Below, in pieces: positions 11,238 through 21,663 of a stretch of DNA of 64,000 bases (the first letter of the stretch is position 1; each line of letters starts with the position of its first letter). A program made the position numbers and the translations under genes. The stretch covers positions 1 to 64,000 of IMG/VR virus record IMGVR_UViG_3300028888_002023, one strand, 5' to 3'. The notes beneath the pieces were generated by a model. The model did not search any database. It saw only the letters and a program-made list of their open reading frames with translations, and had not been told where the DNA came from. This DNA comes from a virus. Lineage: Duplodnaviria; Caudoviricetes.

Positions 11238-11936
11238 CTATGCTTCGCCTTTAGTTAATAAACCGCATACCCATTTAGAATTTGCTTTATCCCATTCCCA
11301 GATTAAGTTATAACTACCAGTTGCAGAAAGGTTTGGTGCTTTTTTATTAATATAATATGTTGTACCAACATTTATTGTTCTTATTGAAGTTAAATTTAAC
11401 TGTAGAATAATTTGGTTTAATATTGTAGTATCATCTGGTTCAGCCAACGTAATAGTAACATTTCCAGTTGGAGTCATGCTATAAACTTTTCCAGCTTCTA
11501 ATGTAGGTGTATTAGAAGTTAAAGTAACAATATTTTGTTTAATATAATTTGTTAATTCAGTTTGTAAGCTAGTCCAGTTATCTTTACTTACATAATAAGC
11601 AATAGCTTCAATCTTACTTAAATAAGTGCTTGACAGACCACTTTTAGGTGCATACAATTCTTCAGCATCAGCAGTAGTTAAGTAATTACTTAAAGCTGAT
11701 GTGTCTGCTTTAGCATTCAAAGCTGTTTGAGTTGCAGTTGATATTGGCTTATCAAGGTCTGCCGTATTATCACAGTTTCCAAGACCAACGTCAGCTTTTG
11801 AAACATTTTCCATTGCCGTCTTAAAGGAAGCTCTATCTATAGCTTTTGTACCTTGAGCAGTTTCGATAACAAATAAATCATTATCTGTTACTGTACTAGC
11901 TCGCTGTAAATCACTTATTTTTATGTACTCAGTCAT
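11238..11936 (-). CDS. short tail-fibre / adaptor protein
   Basis: N-terminal KISDL...DNDLFVIET and the fibre motif VGLGNCDNTADLDKPISTATQTALNAKAD; directly precedes the LRR genes. Confidence 0.55.
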   Translation of the reverse strand: MTEYIKISDLQRASTVTDNDLFVIETAQGTKAIDRASFKTAMENVSKADVGLGNCDNTADLDKPISTATQTALNAKADTSALSNYLTTADAEELYAPKSGLSSTYLSKIEAIAYYVSKDNWTSLQTELTNYIKQNIVTLTSNTPTLEAGKVYSMTPTGNVTITLAEPDDTTILNQIILQLNLTSIRTINVGTTYYINKKAPNLSATGSYNLIWEWDKANSKWVCGLLTKGEA

Positions 11937-11952
11937 TTCTTATAACCTCTTT

Positions 11953-14900
11953 TTATGCAACCACACTACGTAAGAATGCAAGTCCTGTGTTAGTAGTAAT
12001 TATTTTTCCGTCATCTGTACGGATTGCGTCTTCATCTAATGGATTTATAATTCTAAATGTAATACCCATAAATTTAGATTTATATGTGTTCATTACGGAT
12101 TCCAGAACACCATCCATTGTTATTGTACCTTGCAGGACAGCTTTTTCAGTGTCATAACCCTGTTCATCTATACCTGTTAGGTTTTCATAAATAAAATCTA
12201 ATAAATCAAAACTTTGAAGAGTCCAATTTATACCAACTAATCTTAACTTAGCAACATTTGGTGCAGATTCAAAGATGTCTTGAGTATCTAAATTAGTATT
12301 TTCTAATACTAATGTAGTAATATTATTATAACCACATTCAAAATCTTCAATATTCATCTGATTCTTAATTGTTAAGTTAGTAATTGTATCTGGTAAATAT
12401 AAGTGACGAATACGACCACCATCTGCTAACTTAACTGAAGAAAGTGAAGTACCTTGAGCTTTTAAGGTTGTTAAACCTGTACAACCTGTTAAATCTAAAG
12501 CACCATCTAAATTTGGACAGTTTCTAATATCTAATGAATTTAATAGGATATTATTACCTAATGTCAAACTGTGTAAGTTTGTATTACTATAATTACCACC
12601 AGCACCAATTTTTAAATCTGTTAATTTTACTGCTGAAGATACATCAATAGTACCTGCGTATAATGGTGACATGTCACCAATTGACGTAATTTTATCAGCA
12701 CCATAAACGATAGTTTCGGTATCGTTGAACACGTTACCAGCAGGTGGACTTAATGTCATAGGCACATTGTGTGTCGCTTTACCACTTACAACATAACTAC
12801 CATATTTAATTCTTAAATATTGGTCTATGAAAGATGTTAAGGTAATTTGACCACTTGGTGCAACATCTTGCCATTCTGTTGGTGTATATAAACGCATTGT
12901 TAAATAGTTAGCTTTATAAGCAGATGCAGTATATTTTGAATCCATATACTTAAATCTGTTCATTAACCACCATTTAATATGGTCAATTCTTGAACCTTGA
13001 GCAGTATATAAGTAAGTCGCAATACCATCTTCAAGTAATGGTGATAAATATTTGAATTCAGCGTCTTCATTATACTGAGCTTCGCAGATTTTAGCAATTT
13101 GTTCATCATATAATACAGACATTACTCTTTCATATGATAATTTATTGCTATTTCTAAGGCTATTATACAATTCTTCAATTTCAGCAGGAAATGCTCTCTC
13201 AACCATATTCCATAATGCTGAATTTTCACCGTTATATACATTCTGTGAACCAATAACGTCATGGTATTCAATATCAAAATTGAACTCGTTGACACCTTCG
13301 TTGTTTAAACCTAAACCTGTGTCCATATCGTAGAATACTAGGTACCAAACATCTCCACCATAATTGTTAAGGAACATGTTCTTAGCACGAGAGTCAACCA
13401 TACCAAAGAATTCAGATAATATGTAATAGGTTAATAAATAGTTTATATTAAAGTGGCTTGAACATTCATCTCTGAATTTAGCAACCCTATACTCTCTGCT
13501 ATCGTGGGTATATTCAACACCTTCATATGTAACAGGTTCAACTAATTGACCACCTGTATATTTATTGCTATCACAACTTACAACCCAACTTACAAGTTGA
13601 TGTAATTTAGTTGTATCAGTATAATCTTTAGGATATCTAGCTTCAAAGTCAGTTAATACAGCTTCTTCATCTGAGAAGTCATCAGATAAAAATTTAGTTC
13701 TATCAGAGGTGTTGTTACCAAATTCCCATGATTCACAACCTTCTGTGAAACCAAATGTATTACTACTTTCCTTATCATTGTTGAAGTTATATACACCAAA
13801 GTACTCAAAATCATCTTCAACTGTAGGTCTATAATAGATTGCTATAGGGAAACCATCAATTGTAGTTCTGATTTTATTATTTGTTACTTGTGGTGGTGTT
13901 AAATCAGTGTACATACCATTGAATAGTTTAGCAAAACCAGTGTTGTGTGCGTGAGAAGATTCCATATAGTCTGCTTTCAAGGTAAATACTTTTTCACCCG
14001 GAGCCCCAGCTCTTAAACTATAACTTTGAGGCATTTTACTAATTTTATAGTTCTTTTTCGGATAATATTGTGAAGATGTACCTTGAATATCCAGTGTAAC
14101 ATTTTCCATTTCAAAGTTACGAGACGTATCAGTAGCATTTTCATATGTTACAATAATTGTCTTTTTATCACCTTTAACAGAAGGTAACTCACCTGTAAAT
14201 GTCATGATAGGTAATTGGTTCAAGATTTTGTTGAACACAATGTTACCATAGTTATCATAAATGTCATTTCTGTTATAAGCTGCAATCTGGTCTGCAAACT
14301 CTGGGATATCAGCAATATAGTTTTTCAATACGTCATGTGATGATAATGGGGCATCATAAACACGCATAGAATAAATGTAAATACCACAGGTTGCACTACC
14401 TATTGTAATATCAACAGGATTTAACTGAGCAAAAGTATCATCAGCAGGATATTGAGTCAAACCTGAAAGAACACCATTTAAGTATGTATAAATAAGTCTG
14501 TGTGAAGTACGAGCTTCAATTACAAATGTAATTTTAACTCTTTCTTCTTCTTTGAACTTAATATTAAGTGTTGACTGTTCTGATTTTAGTATTGCGGACT
14601 GTGTGCCAATTTCAATACCTCTGTTACCACTCATACAGCTAAGTAATGTAGAATCATAGTTAGCAACATCAGTAACTTCAAAATCAATTTCAATAGTTTT
14701 ACCGTTTACACGGAAATCTGAACCAAATATTTGTAGAGGTATAGTTAAAGAAGCACCATTAGATACTTTTAAACCATTATCAAGCCAACCATTGTTAATC
14801 CAGTTGAACCCTTGGAGATTACATTGAATATTACCATAAGTCCATTCATTTCTGTTTACATCAGAGTTCGTTCTACCTAAAGCAGATAATTGGAAAGTTA

Positions 14901-16245
14901 AGTTATCTGTTACTGGGTCAACATCAATATTTAATGCTTCTACATCTATATTAAATGATTTTTCTACACCATTAGCAACAATTTTAATAGTATGTTGTCC
15001 AGATTCATTAAGTTTATAGTACCAATATTTACGTGTTCTATCAACCGTCATCTGTGTCTTTGACACATTATCAACAAGTATTTCAACGTCTGTTGTATAT
15101 GACGCAGTTGAATAAACAATAAAGTCTAATCTTAATGTTTCACCTTGTGTAAAATCTGTATCACGGAAGTTAGATGTAATTAAAGTACCAGAACCATCAA
15201 TATACATAACTTCATAGAATAATTTATTTGATTCAACTTCTTCATCACCATTAACAACACCAGTAGCCCATACTTTCAAAGTATGAATACCATGAGTTAA
15301 TGTAATAGTTTTAGTCTGAGGTCTACCAGAGTTAATAACTGTATCTGTTGGTAGTGCCACACCATCTACTTCAAAGTGAATGGTTTTTTCCAAAGCACCT
15401 GTAGGTGTATATCTAAAATCAATAGGACCTGTGTAAACAATATCAGGGTCAAATGAAGATGATATTGTTAGGTCAATTGTGTTAATAGTGAAGAATAATG
15501 AACGAGCTGCACCATAAATGTCTGTTACACGAATCTGTACAGAGTTAGTACCAGCTCTAAAATATTTCGAAGGATTATAACTATATGTACCATTTTGAGG
15601 TAAACGAGAAGTTTGTCTCGCTACATTATTAACAACATATGTTACCGTTGCAGGCTGGTCCTGTTCATCAGTATATTCATATCTTAATGATATTTCGGAA
15701 CCAGTAGGAATAGTAATATAGTTTTTATCCATTAAAGAGGTTAAAACGAAAGTGACACCTGTGCCACCCCCACCGCCACCCCCGCCAGAGCCAGCTTGAA
15801 CTTCAATACCATCAGAAATGATATTACCATCAGAAGTAAGATAAAGTAAACCATCTGTAAATACTAAACCATTACCATATGCTTGTAATGTTTGCGTAAG
15901 GTCTGCTGGAGATATATATTCTGGAAATGTAAAGTTTAATATTACATCAGAGTCAGTACCTACATTGGTAACAGAAAATTCGTCACCCATTGTAGATGTA
16001 CCTAATCTAACAGTTGCATCATGCCCATTTGTAACTTGGAAGGTGGAAGTTCTTCCATCAGTATATGTTATTGTATATGTATCAACTAAACCAGATGTTC
16101 CAGTTTTTTCAATAGATGTAACTCCATACCCTCTATACCCTCTTGGACCTGTAGGACCAATAAGGGCTGGTATAGATACCCATTCATCTCCAATTTTAAC
16201 ACTAAGTATATTGCTCACTAACCTATTCTCCGAAAATAAATTCAA
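11953..16245 (-). CDS. large tail-associated protein: collagen stub, beta-sandwich domains, CotH-kinase-like domain, C-terminal LRR (likely real start GTG at 16218)
   Basis: GPTGPRGYRG; CotH-like motifs IQGTSSQYYPKKNYKI, TLKADYMESS, DSRAKNMFL, FYDMDTGLG; LRR LDIRNCPNL..LDLTGCTGL. Confidence 0.6.
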   Translation of the reverse strand: MNLFSENRLVSNILSVKIGDEWVSIPALIGPTGPRGYRGYGVTSIEKTGTSGLVDTYTITYTDGRTSTFQVTNGHDATVRLGTSTMGDEFSVTNVGTDSDVILNFTFPEYISPADLTQTLQAYGNGLVFTDGLLYLTSDGNIISDGIEVQAGSGGGGGGGGTGVTFVLTSLMDKNYITIPTGSEISLRYEYTDEQDQPATVTYVVNNVARQTSRLPQNGTYSYNPSKYFRAGTNSVQIRVTDIYGAARSLFFTINTIDLTISSSFDPDIVYTGPIDFRYTPTGALEKTIHFEVDGVALPTDTVINSGRPQTKTITLTHGIHTLKVWATGVVNGDEEVESNKLFYEVMYIDGSGTLITSNFRDTDFTQGETLRLDFIVYSTASYTTDVEILVDNVSKTQMTVDRTRKYWYYKLNESGQHTIKIVANGVEKSFNIDVEALNIDVDPVTDNLTFQLSALGRTNSDVNRNEWTYGNIQCNLQGFNWINNGWLDNGLKVSNGASLTIPLQIFGSDFRVNGKTIEIDFEVTDVANYDSTLLSCMSGNRGIEIGTQSAILKSEQSTLNIKFKEEERVKITFVIEARTSHRLIYTYLNGVLSGLTQYPADDTFAQLNPVDITIGSATCGIYIYSMRVYDAPLSSHDVLKNYIADIPEFADQIAAYNRNDIYDNYGNIVFNKILNQLPIMTFTGELPSVKGDKKTIIVTYENATDTSRNFEMENVTLDIQGTSSQYYPKKNYKISKMPQSYSLRAGAPGEKVFTLKADYMESSHAHNTGFAKLFNGMYTDLTPPQVTNNKIRTTIDGFPIAIYYRPTVEDDFEYFGVYNFNNDKESSNTFGFTEGCESWEFGNNTSDRTKFLSDDFSDEEAVLTDFEARYPKDYTDTTKLHQLVSWVVSCDSNKYTGGQLVEPVTYEGVEYTHDSREYRVAKFRDECSSHFNINYLLTYYILSEFFGMVDSRAKNMFLNNYGGDVWYLVFYDMDTGLGLNNEGVNEFNFDIEYHDVIGSQNVYNGENSALWNMVERAFPAEIEELYNSLRNSNKLSYERVMSVLYDEQIAKICEAQYNEDAEFKYLSPLLEDGIATYLYTAQGSRIDHIKWWLMNRFKYMDSKYTASAYKANYLTMRLYTPTEWQDVAPSGQITLTSFIDQYLRIKYGSYVVSGKATHNVPMTLSPPAGNVFNDTETIVYGADKITSIGDMSPLYAGTIDVSSAVKLTDLKIGAGGNYSNTNLHSLTLGNNILLNSLDIRNCPNLDGALDLTGCTGLTTLKAQGTSLSSVKLADGGRIRHLYLPDTITNLTIKNQMNIEDFECGYNNITTLVLENTNLDTQDIFESAPNVAKLRLVGINWTLQSFDLLDFIYENLTGIDEQGYDTEKAVLQGTITMDGVLESVMNTYKSKFMGITFRIINPLDEDAIRTDDGKIITTNTGLAFLRSVVA

Positions 16246-16274
16246 ATTAAAATTTAATAAGTCAAATGAGCATA

Positions 16275-16814
16275 TTATTCAAAATCACGCTTGCGTAGAT
16301 TCTCACATTCCTGAGTTTCAAAAAATAAGGTCATTGCTTCTGGTTTAATATCTAAAATTAAAGCAATATTATCAACACATTTATCTGCTCTACTAAATTC
16401 TAGTGCTTTTAAATCAATGCGGAGTTTTTTAGGGTCTAATTTATCTGCAAATCTTTCAGCAGCTAATTCACAAATATCTGTGAAGTCTTTACCAAATATT
16501 TCATATAAACCACTTTCGAATACAGTAACAGGTAATTTTAATGCATGAATTCTTTCATAATCCATACGTCTTCTGCATTCGTCAATTGTTTCATCATAAA
16601 TCATAGTTTCAACGATATATTTATCATCTTCAGTATATTCAAAATGATGTAACATTTCTGGTCTGCGTGCATTCATGTCATCATGCCTTATCAAAATTTT
16701 CCAACCATCCTGCTCCATTAACTTAGGACTTTTGTTGTAATTAAGATAAGGACCATGATTCATAGGTGCATATTGTAATTCACCATTTACTAGTTTTGCA
16801 TAAGTATCTGTCAT
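16275..16814 (-). CDS. hypothetical protein, possible fibre assembly chaperone (weakly similar to 35437..35952)
   Basis: 179-aa ORF, 1-nt overlap with the GT2 gene; ERIxxL...F...L...G pattern shared with 35437..35952. Confidence 0.4.
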   Translation of the reverse strand: MTDTYAKLVNGELQYAPMNHGPYLNYNKSPKLMEQDGWKILIRHDDMNARRPEMLHHFEYTEDDKYIVETMIYDETIDECRRRMDYERIHALKLPVTVFESGLYEIFGKDFTDICELAAERFADKLDPKKLRIDLKALEFSRADKCVDNIALILDIKPEAMTLFFETQECENLRKRDFE

Positions 16815-17878
16815 TAGTTCTCTCCATTGGTGGTATCTTTTGATTTCTTTTTGTTAGCTTTAGCTTCATCATCAGATACATCTTTTTCTAATTTATCAAT
16901 AAATTCATATATACTGATACTAGGGATAATACCGTACAATTTGTTGCCCATATAGCAGTTTCTGATAACATTATTATATGCTTCAACAAATGCTTCTTTA
17001 GGTATTCTATCTTTAATTTCTCTATATATCTCTTTATAATATAATTTACAAGATTGCCAATTCTGATTTGTAAATCTATCATCACGAACTTCAGTTTCCA
17101 TAAAGTATTCATACAGATTCATAAGAGTTGCAACCTTTTCATAAAGGATAGCACCATTAAATGGGTTTCTCTTCTCAGCTTCTTTAAATGCCCAAATCAT
17201 ATTATCAGTGTAACCAACAAATGATTGGTCATAACTATACTGACAATCATTTATTCTTGTTATAGAATTCGGATTAGTATGCCAGTAATAAACAACATCT
17301 GGAATAAAATTAATTTGTTGATTTTGACTACACATTAATTTACAAAGCATGTTGAAGCCATTATCTTCATTAGCTCTTGTATCATTCATTCTAATATTAT
17401 GCTGGTCTAAGAACGCACGTTTGTACATTTTACCAAACATCCAAACTGTATCATTTTGGTGAGGTAAATAAACTGGGTTACCCGTATTAGGGTCTTCAGC
17501 TTCCTGTAAGAATGTACCTATACAAATTACAAATACAGGATTTTCCAATAATCTACGTCTCAACAAACTTAATGCGAATGCACCTGAGAAAGTGTCATCT
17601 GCATCAATCCAAGTAACTAAAGGATTTGATGTGTTTTCATAACCAAATCTTCTTGCTGTTCCCGGACCAGAGTTTTTCTCTAATTTAACTTCTTTTATTT
17701 TTACAAATGGTGAAAATTGAGTAATAATTTCTGAATAATCTTTATCGTCACCATCATTAACCAAAGTAACCTCTAAATCGTCTACAATGTCTTGACAAAT
17801 AATACTACCTAATAATCTAGGAAGTGTTTTGTGTGCTTTATAGCACGGTACAATAATATCAATCTTTTGTGTATTCAT
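16814..17878 (-). CDS. family 2 glycosyltransferase (GT-A fold)
   Basis: IDIIVPCYK, LVNDGD, NSGPGTARRFG, WIDADD (DxD), GKMYKRAFL, NED. Confidence 0.9.
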   Translation of the reverse strand: MNTQKIDIIVPCYKAHKTLPRLLGSIICQDIVDDLEVTLVNDGDDKDYSEIITQFSPFVKIKEVKLEKNSGPGTARRFGYENTSNPLVTWIDADDTFSGAFALSLLRRRLLENPVFVICIGTFLQEAEDPNTGNPVYLPHQNDTVWMFGKMYKRAFLDQHNIRMNDTRANEDNGFNMLCKLMCSQNQQINFIPDVVYYWHTNPNSITRINDCQYSYDQSFVGYTDNMIWAFKEAEKRNPFNGAILYEKVATLMNLYEYFMETEVRDDRFTNQNWQSCKLYYKEIYREIKDRIPKEAFVEAYNNVIRNCYMGNKLYGIIPSISIYEFIDKLEKDVSDDEAKANKKKSKDTTNGEN

Positions 17879-17928
17879 AGAGTTTAAATTCCCCCTCTTT
17901 TAATCCATCTCTTCTTATAATTACTAAT

Positions 17929-17957
17929 ATTATACCATGACAACCTTATCTTGTCAA
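17929..17957 (-). promoter_or_regulatory. sigma70-type promoter for the GT2 gene
   Basis: TTGACA-17-TATAAT with TG upstream of -10; begins TTGACAAGATAA like the helicase promoter. Confidence 0.85.
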
Positions 17958-17970
17958 GTAGTATAATAAA

Positions 17971-19614
17971 CTATTCACCCGGCTCCTGTGGTTCTTCTTG
18001 ACCTTGTGGGTCTGGTTGTTCAGGTTCCTCTGGCTCTCCTTGACTCGGTGGGTTTATTGGATTTGGTTCTTCTGGGTCTAATGAATCAGCATTAGGGTCT
18101 ACAGGACCAAAACCTTCACCACTTGGGTCATCTATAACTTCTGGGTGCGTTAAGGTTGACATAGTATAAATAAACCTACTTGCAATGGTAGAACCATCTG
18201 CGGTATAAGTAATCTTTACTTGTTGACCTCTACTCATAGGAACTGGTGGACAATAAATAATTGAATTTGCCACTGGTGCCGTTCCACCTGTAAATATCAT
18301 AGATTTATTTGTTAAAGTTTCATGAGTGCCATCTATTTGAACATACTGACCAGCTTGTGTAGCTCTTTTAGCAATAACTAAATAACCATGATTATCAGCT
18401 TCAAATATAACACCTGTATATGCTAAATCAAAATCTTTGTAATACCCTGTCATAGGAAGACTTAATGCACCTATTAAACTTAATTCTCCATTTGCATCTA
18501 CCCAGACTTTAACACTTTCATCTTCTGGTTCCTCTGAACCACAGTAAACACCAGAGTCTCCAGTGTCGCCCTTATCACCTTTATCACCTTTAGGTATAGT
18601 AAAATCAAACACTGCATTATTATTAGTTCCACTATTTGAAATAATAGCAGTAGTGCCGGGGTCTCCCATAGACACGGTTCCAACCCTTAATGTTGCCCCC
18701 GGACCAGTATCACCTTTTTCACCTTTATCACCTCTTGGAATGGTAAAGTCAAAAATTGCTTGGTTAGCTGTACCTCTGTTTGTAACTTTAGTATGTGAAC
18801 CCGGAGTACCTGTTGAGACAACACCAACCCTTATGGTTGCAGCCAACCCCGGCTCACCTTGGTCACCTTTATCACCTTTTTCACCCCTTTCACCAGCGAC
18901 ACCATACAAACCTGATATATAACTTGCAACTAAGGTTGCATTATTTGGTAAAGTTGAGCTAAAATGCAAAGTTTGACCATCTTCATCAAGTGTAAAAATA
19001 CTTGGAAGTTGGTGAGAACCATTGACATATAAGTCTACCATTGCCTTATCTGATGTAGGGTGACTTAATTTTACCTGTGTAGTTGAAGAATTAACAGAAA
19101 AAGTATCTTTAAAGATATCAATTTCCTTTGGAGTCATATTGTGCCAACCAAGTGAACTGTTACCAACTTTCTTGATATAAATTTCACCTACAGCAGAATC
19201 AATATAAAAAGCACCAACATTAGCTTCTACAACACCTTCAGGGTCACCCTCGCCAGACATAGCAATAGATTTATCCATTGCACGGTTAGGAATTTTAGTA
19301 GTAATTAAATTACCTTCACTATCATATTGCTGTAATTCTACATAATGTGGTTCTGTATCAAGGAATATTTCATGGAACTTATCAACCATATTAACAGAGT
19401 TTGTTAATAATTCTGCAAGGTCTCTTGTTACAACATTGACATTGGCATTAATAGTTCTCTGAATATCTGATGTAAGCTGTTTTAACTCTTCAACTTTTTC
19501 ATCAAGAGTCAATTCTTCATCATCTACAACGTCATCTAGGTCATCACTTAAATCACCTAAATCACCAATTTCATTATTATTTTCATCTAAAATTATATCA
19601 TCTTCTTCTGGCAT
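17971..19614 (-). CDS. collagen-repeat tail fibre protein
   Basis: Three G-X-Y blocks (GERGEKGDKGDQGEPG etc.); N-terminal domain homologous to 29162..30442 (IPNRA...SGEGDP vs LPNRA...NGVGDP). Confidence 0.65.
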   Translation of the reverse strand: MPEEDDIILDENNNEIGDLGDLSDDLDDVVDDEELTLDEKVEELKQLTSDIQRTINANVNVVTRDLAELLTNSVNMVDKFHEIFLDTEPHYVELQQYDSEGNLITTKIPNRAMDKSIAMSGEGDPEGVVEANVGAFYIDSAVGEIYIKKVGNSSLGWHNMTPKEIDIFKDTFSVNSSTTQVKLSHPTSDKAMVDLYVNGSHQLPSIFTLDEDGQTLHFSSTLPNNATLVASYISGLYGVAGERGEKGDKGDQGEPGLAATIRVGVVSTGTPGSHTKVTNRGTANQAIFDFTIPRGDKGEKGDTGPGATLRVGTVSMGDPGTTAIISNSGTNNNAVFDFTIPKGDKGDKGDTGDSGVYCGSEEPEDESVKVWVDANGELSLIGALSLPMTGYYKDFDLAYTGVIFEADNHGYLVIAKRATQAGQYVQIDGTHETLTNKSMIFTGGTAPVANSIIYCPPVPMSRGQQVKITYTADGSTIASRFIYTMSTLTHPEVIDDPSGEGFGPVDPNADSLDPEEPNPINPPSQGEPEEPEQPDPQGQEEPQEPGE

Positions 19615-19642
19615 ACTAGGACCCCTTAAAATAAATCTAATC

Positions 19643-19652
19643 TAAAATATAA
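19643..19652 (-). promoter_or_regulatory. candidate late-promoter motif TTATATTTTA before the collagen fibre
   Basis: Member of the recurring TTANATTTTA set. Confidence 0.5.
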
Positions 19653-19653
19653 T

Positions 19654-20613
19654 TTATAAAGCCAATACCACTTTCTTATCACATATAGCACAACCATCAT
19701 GGTCTGAATAACATTGATAAACATTAGAATGACCACATGGTAGTAGCTCTATTTCTTTTAAGGATTTGTCGCAATCTAATTCTTCTTTAAAATCAGAACT
19801 TCTATGAAAAACAACATTTCTTAAACTTTCATCATTAAAGTTTTTATGTAACTCTTCAGCTTTTAAATCATTACTAAATAAATTCTGATATGACTCTAAA
19901 CCTTCCCTTTCCCTATACTTAAGGAGAAATTGCATAAACTCCATTCGTGTTGGGAAGAAATCATAACCCATTTCATTATTAATTTCAGCTCTGGTCATAT
20001 TGCACTTATCGTCTGGTTTTACAGGTGTTTTAAAGAACACGTGAGTGTCGTATTTTTGTTCAAAAGCATGGATATCTATATCATCTCTAAGATATGCTTG
20101 AATAAAACTACCAGTTAATATAGAAGTAGTGTTAATTCTAACTTCTGGATATTTCTTGTGAATTAAAGCCATATGTTTTTCCCAATTCTTTAGCATATTA
20201 AAAGTATGAAATCTACCTATAATATCATATGAAGTTAAAATCCATAACTTATTTTTCTGTTCTATTTTATTAATTGCTTCATAAAGGTCTTTCTGGTCTC
20301 CAATAGTTAAAGTTGCGTTCAACCAAAGTTCGTTTATATCACCTTCAATTAACATACAATTTGAGAGGTCTATGAGGGTCATGAATGCCCTTTTAACCTC
20401 TGGATTATGTAATTGTCCTTGAAAGAACTCTCCACCAATAAAACCTAGCGTAGACACCTCACCTTTCTTTAAGTTTAACAACTCAATAATAGTGGTTGTC
20501 AAAGCCTGCAATTTCATTTTATCTGAAGTTTTAGTTATATTATGACCTAATGTGCAATAATCACAAAAGTTATTACATTCCTGCCATAATTCATATTGAA
20601 GTATTTTACTCAT
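19654..20613 (-). CDS. radical SAM protein (paralogue 1)
   Basis: QYELWQECNNFCDYC (CxxxCxxC), GGEFF, TSYD..GRF, C-terminal CGH-x12-CxxCD. Confidence 0.85.
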   Translation of the reverse strand: MSKILQYELWQECNNFCDYCTLGHNITKTSDKMKLQALTTTIIELLNLKKGEVSTLGFIGGEFFQGQLHNPEVKRAFMTLIDLSNCMLIEGDINELWLNATLTIGDQKDLYEAINKIEQKNKLWILTSYDIIGRFHTFNMLKNWEKHMALIHKKYPEVRINTTSILTGSFIQAYLRDDIDIHAFEQKYDTHVFFKTPVKPDDKCNMTRAEINNEMGYDFFPTRMEFMQFLLKYREREGLESYQNLFSNDLKAEELHKNFNDESLRNVVFHRSSDFKEELDCDKSLKEIELLPCGHSNVYQCYSDHDGCAICDKKVVLAL

Positions 20614-21658
20614 TGTCTTCCATAAATAATTTAATTCTATCTAATAATTGATGCACTAATTTTATAGCATCTTCTGCCATTTCTGGGAATGTCATATATT
20701 GAGAACCTCTTAACCTTATATAGAAGTTTTCACTTTTATTATAATCACCAGATTCTAACCTAACTTCTTTATCTTTACATTTTTCATAAAATGTCTGGCT
20801 GTACGCCAACCGAGGTGGACAATCTATTTGTAAAGAGAATATGTGAGGCACACTGTCTGGAAGTAATTTAATATAAGGTTTATTAATATACTCAATAAAT
20901 TCTTCCTTCATTATTTGAGAAAAATAAGATAATTTAACTTGACGATTAAGTATTAATTTTAAAGCACCTATGTAAATCCATAACCAATTCCAGTATTTTT
21001 CACCAAAGGTTTCCTCTGTTTTAGACCACATTAAGCCCATGTCCCATCTTCTAATTAAGGCGTGAGCTGTAGATAAAACATAGTCAAACATAGTATAATC
21101 TCTAGGAACAAGGAAGAGACCATGTACATCATCAATGACAGTGGTCACTTCCAGTCCCTTTGACTTAAGGAAGGTAAAAAGTTTTTCATAAAATCTCTGT
21201 GGAGTTATTTCTCCAGTAGTGATTTGTGTACCTATAATATAGACAAATGCTTTCTTATAAGTCTTTTTCATTAATGCTTCTTTAACTTGACTTAAATTTA
21301 AAGAATCTATACCGTTATAATAATGAAGTATTACATGGTCTTTTTCTTCTCTATCAATCCGTTTTATAGCAGCTTTAACGGCATCATGTTCTACTACAGA
21401 TGTAATAAGTAATGTATCTTCATCTACGTGTTTATCAAATAAGTAATTTATGAAATCAGTAGCGGACTTTTCGACATAAAGTTGATGGTTCTTAAGAGTA
21501 TGTCCTAAAGGGACCATACTTCTTAACATATCCTCGTAACAAGCCCAAGTCTTTTTATCTTCTCTTCTTTCATCATAAGGACATTTTTTATTTACAGCTT
21601 CAAGCTCTTCTCCAGCGAGCCGTTCATAATTTATCCACCATTCAGTTAATTTATTCAA
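20606..21658 (-). CDS. degenerate class-V PLP-fold (NifS/IscS-like) protein
   Basis: SATDFIN, ITSVVEHDAV, TTGEI, DDVHG are collinear with NifS motifs, but STAHAL replaces SxHK and no catalytic-Cys loop is seen. Confidence 0.55.
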   Translation of the reverse strand: MNKLTEWWINYERLAGEELEAVNKKCPYDERREDKKTWACYEDMLRSMVPLGHTLKNHQLYVEKSATDFINYLFDKHVDEDTLLITSVVEHDAVKAAIKRIDREEKDHVILHYYNGIDSLNLSQVKEALMKKTYKKAFVYIIGTQITTGEITPQRFYEKLFTFLKSKGLEVTTVIDDVHGLFLVPRDYTMFDYVLSTAHALIRRWDMGLMWSKTEETFGEKYWNWLWIYIGALKLILNRQVKLSYFSQIMKEEFIEYINKPYIKLLPDSVPHIFSLQIDCPPRLAYSQTFYEKCKDKEVRLESGDYNKSENFYIRLRGSQYMTFPEMAEDAIKLVHQLLDRIKLFMEDNE

Positions 21659-21663
21659 CTATA

